Below are positions 63,733 through 64,000 of a stretch of DNA of 64,000 nucleotides, piece by piece. Each line of letters starts with the position of its first letter. Position 1 is the first letter of the stretch. The notes beneath the pieces were generated by a model. It was not told the origin of the DNA, did no database searches, and saw only the letters and a program-made list of their open reading frames with translations. The position numbers and the translations under genes were made by a program. The stretch comes from Candidatus Moraniibacteriota bacterium (GTDB lineage Bacteria; Patescibacteriota; Minisyncoccia; Moranbacterales; UBA1568): NCBI GenBank assembly GCA_052034935.1, contig JBPOIB010000001.1:74746-138745 (forward strand). The letters are read 5' to 3'.

Positions 63733-63761
63733 TTGACAAAAGCACCGCTCCCTGGTAGTAT
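63733..63761 (+). promoter_or_regulatory. Promoter TTGACA-N17-TAGTAT
   Basis: TTGACAAAAGCACC…TAGTAT, 40 nt upstream of ATG 63801. Confidence 0.5.
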
Positions 63762-63800
63762 CGTCAATCACGGTCAAACCGTTTAATGCTCAGAACACGT

Positions 63801-64000
63801 ATGAAAGAAACGCTCCTCCACCAGTGGAATACCTGGAAAAACGGCCTGCTCGCGCTCGGTCTTGTTCTCGCTGTCCTCGGTCCGGTTGTCGCTTTCGGCG
63901 GCTCGAAGGCGATCTATGTCGATAAGGATAATGACGGTTCGGAAGACGGTTCGCGCAACCACCCGTACCAGAGTATCGACAAGGCACTCCGCAAAGCCAA
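63801..64000 (+). CDS. Secreted protein, N-terminal fragment (3' end outside window); possible parallel beta-helix family
   Basis: A signal/TM segment (LLALGLVLAVLGPVVAF), then KAIYVDKDNDGSEDGSRNHPYQSIDKAL, which resembles the N-terminus of pectin-lyase-fold/DUF1565 proteins. Confidence 0.45.
   Translation, partial: MKETLLHQWNTWKNGLLALGLVLAVLGPVVAFGGSKAIYVDKDNDGSEDGSRNHPYQSIDKALRKA

Noticed and set aside
1-64000. CRISPR arrays, rRNA genes, transposase, integrase, or toxin-antitoxin genes
   Set aside because: I scanned both strands for short regular direct repeats with unique spacers, rRNA signature sequences, and DDE/Tyr-recombinase motifs. None were found. The only mobile-element-like features are the two non-coding palindromic-terminus elements.

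Overview
The 64 kb window looks like a compact, mostly co-directional bacterial chromosome segment. Its gene content resembles small-genome fermentative bacteria (CPR/Patescibacteria-like), but that taxonomic guess is inference only. Recognisable content includes: xseA/xseB; a 2-oxoacid:ferredoxin oxidoreductase pair; a complete minus-strand suf operon (Rrf2 regulator, sufC, sufB, short sufD, sufS, sufU, ferredoxin, DUF59/SufT-like); dus, pyrC, pyrD; ftsB-like, parvulin PPIase, HtrA; proS, pyrH, ispH; a glycosylation cluster (GT1, GT-C); a membrane-anchored Clp/Hsp100-like AAA+ protein; a histidine kinase with a REC-REC response regulator; archaeal-type aspS; mreB-mreC-mreD-PBP2; greA, lysS, tRNA-Val, serS, tRNA-Lys, frr, rseP; a surface-polysaccharide locus (Wzz-like, O-antigen-ligase-like, methyltransferase, GT1); and an ADP-forming acetyl-CoA synthetase. 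No rRNA and no CRISPR array were seen. The most unusual features are listed below. (1) Two copies of a ~95-97 bp element with perfect 12-bp terminal inverted repeats CCCGTTAGAGAT flanked by short direct repeats; one sits on the xseA start codon and the other inside a -35 box. (2) Two high-GC (~62-65%) islands against a ~50-56% background: pyrC-pyrD plus an orphan ORF at 12.0-15.7 kb, and at 51.3-59.3 kb a run of signal-peptide proteins with a tandem paralog pair, each behind a near-identical TTGACAAAAG..N17..TAGTAT-type promoter. (3) A very AT-rich small Cys-rich, poly-acidic membrane protein whose stop codon lies 3 nt before a divergent PurD-family ATP-grasp ligase, next to an acidic coiled-coil membrane protein. 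(4) A ClpA/B-like double-AAA+ protein with an N-terminal transmembrane domain and a degenerate first ATPase module. (5) An HRDC domain fused to XseA. Gene calls are based on motif recognition by eye; no database search was run.
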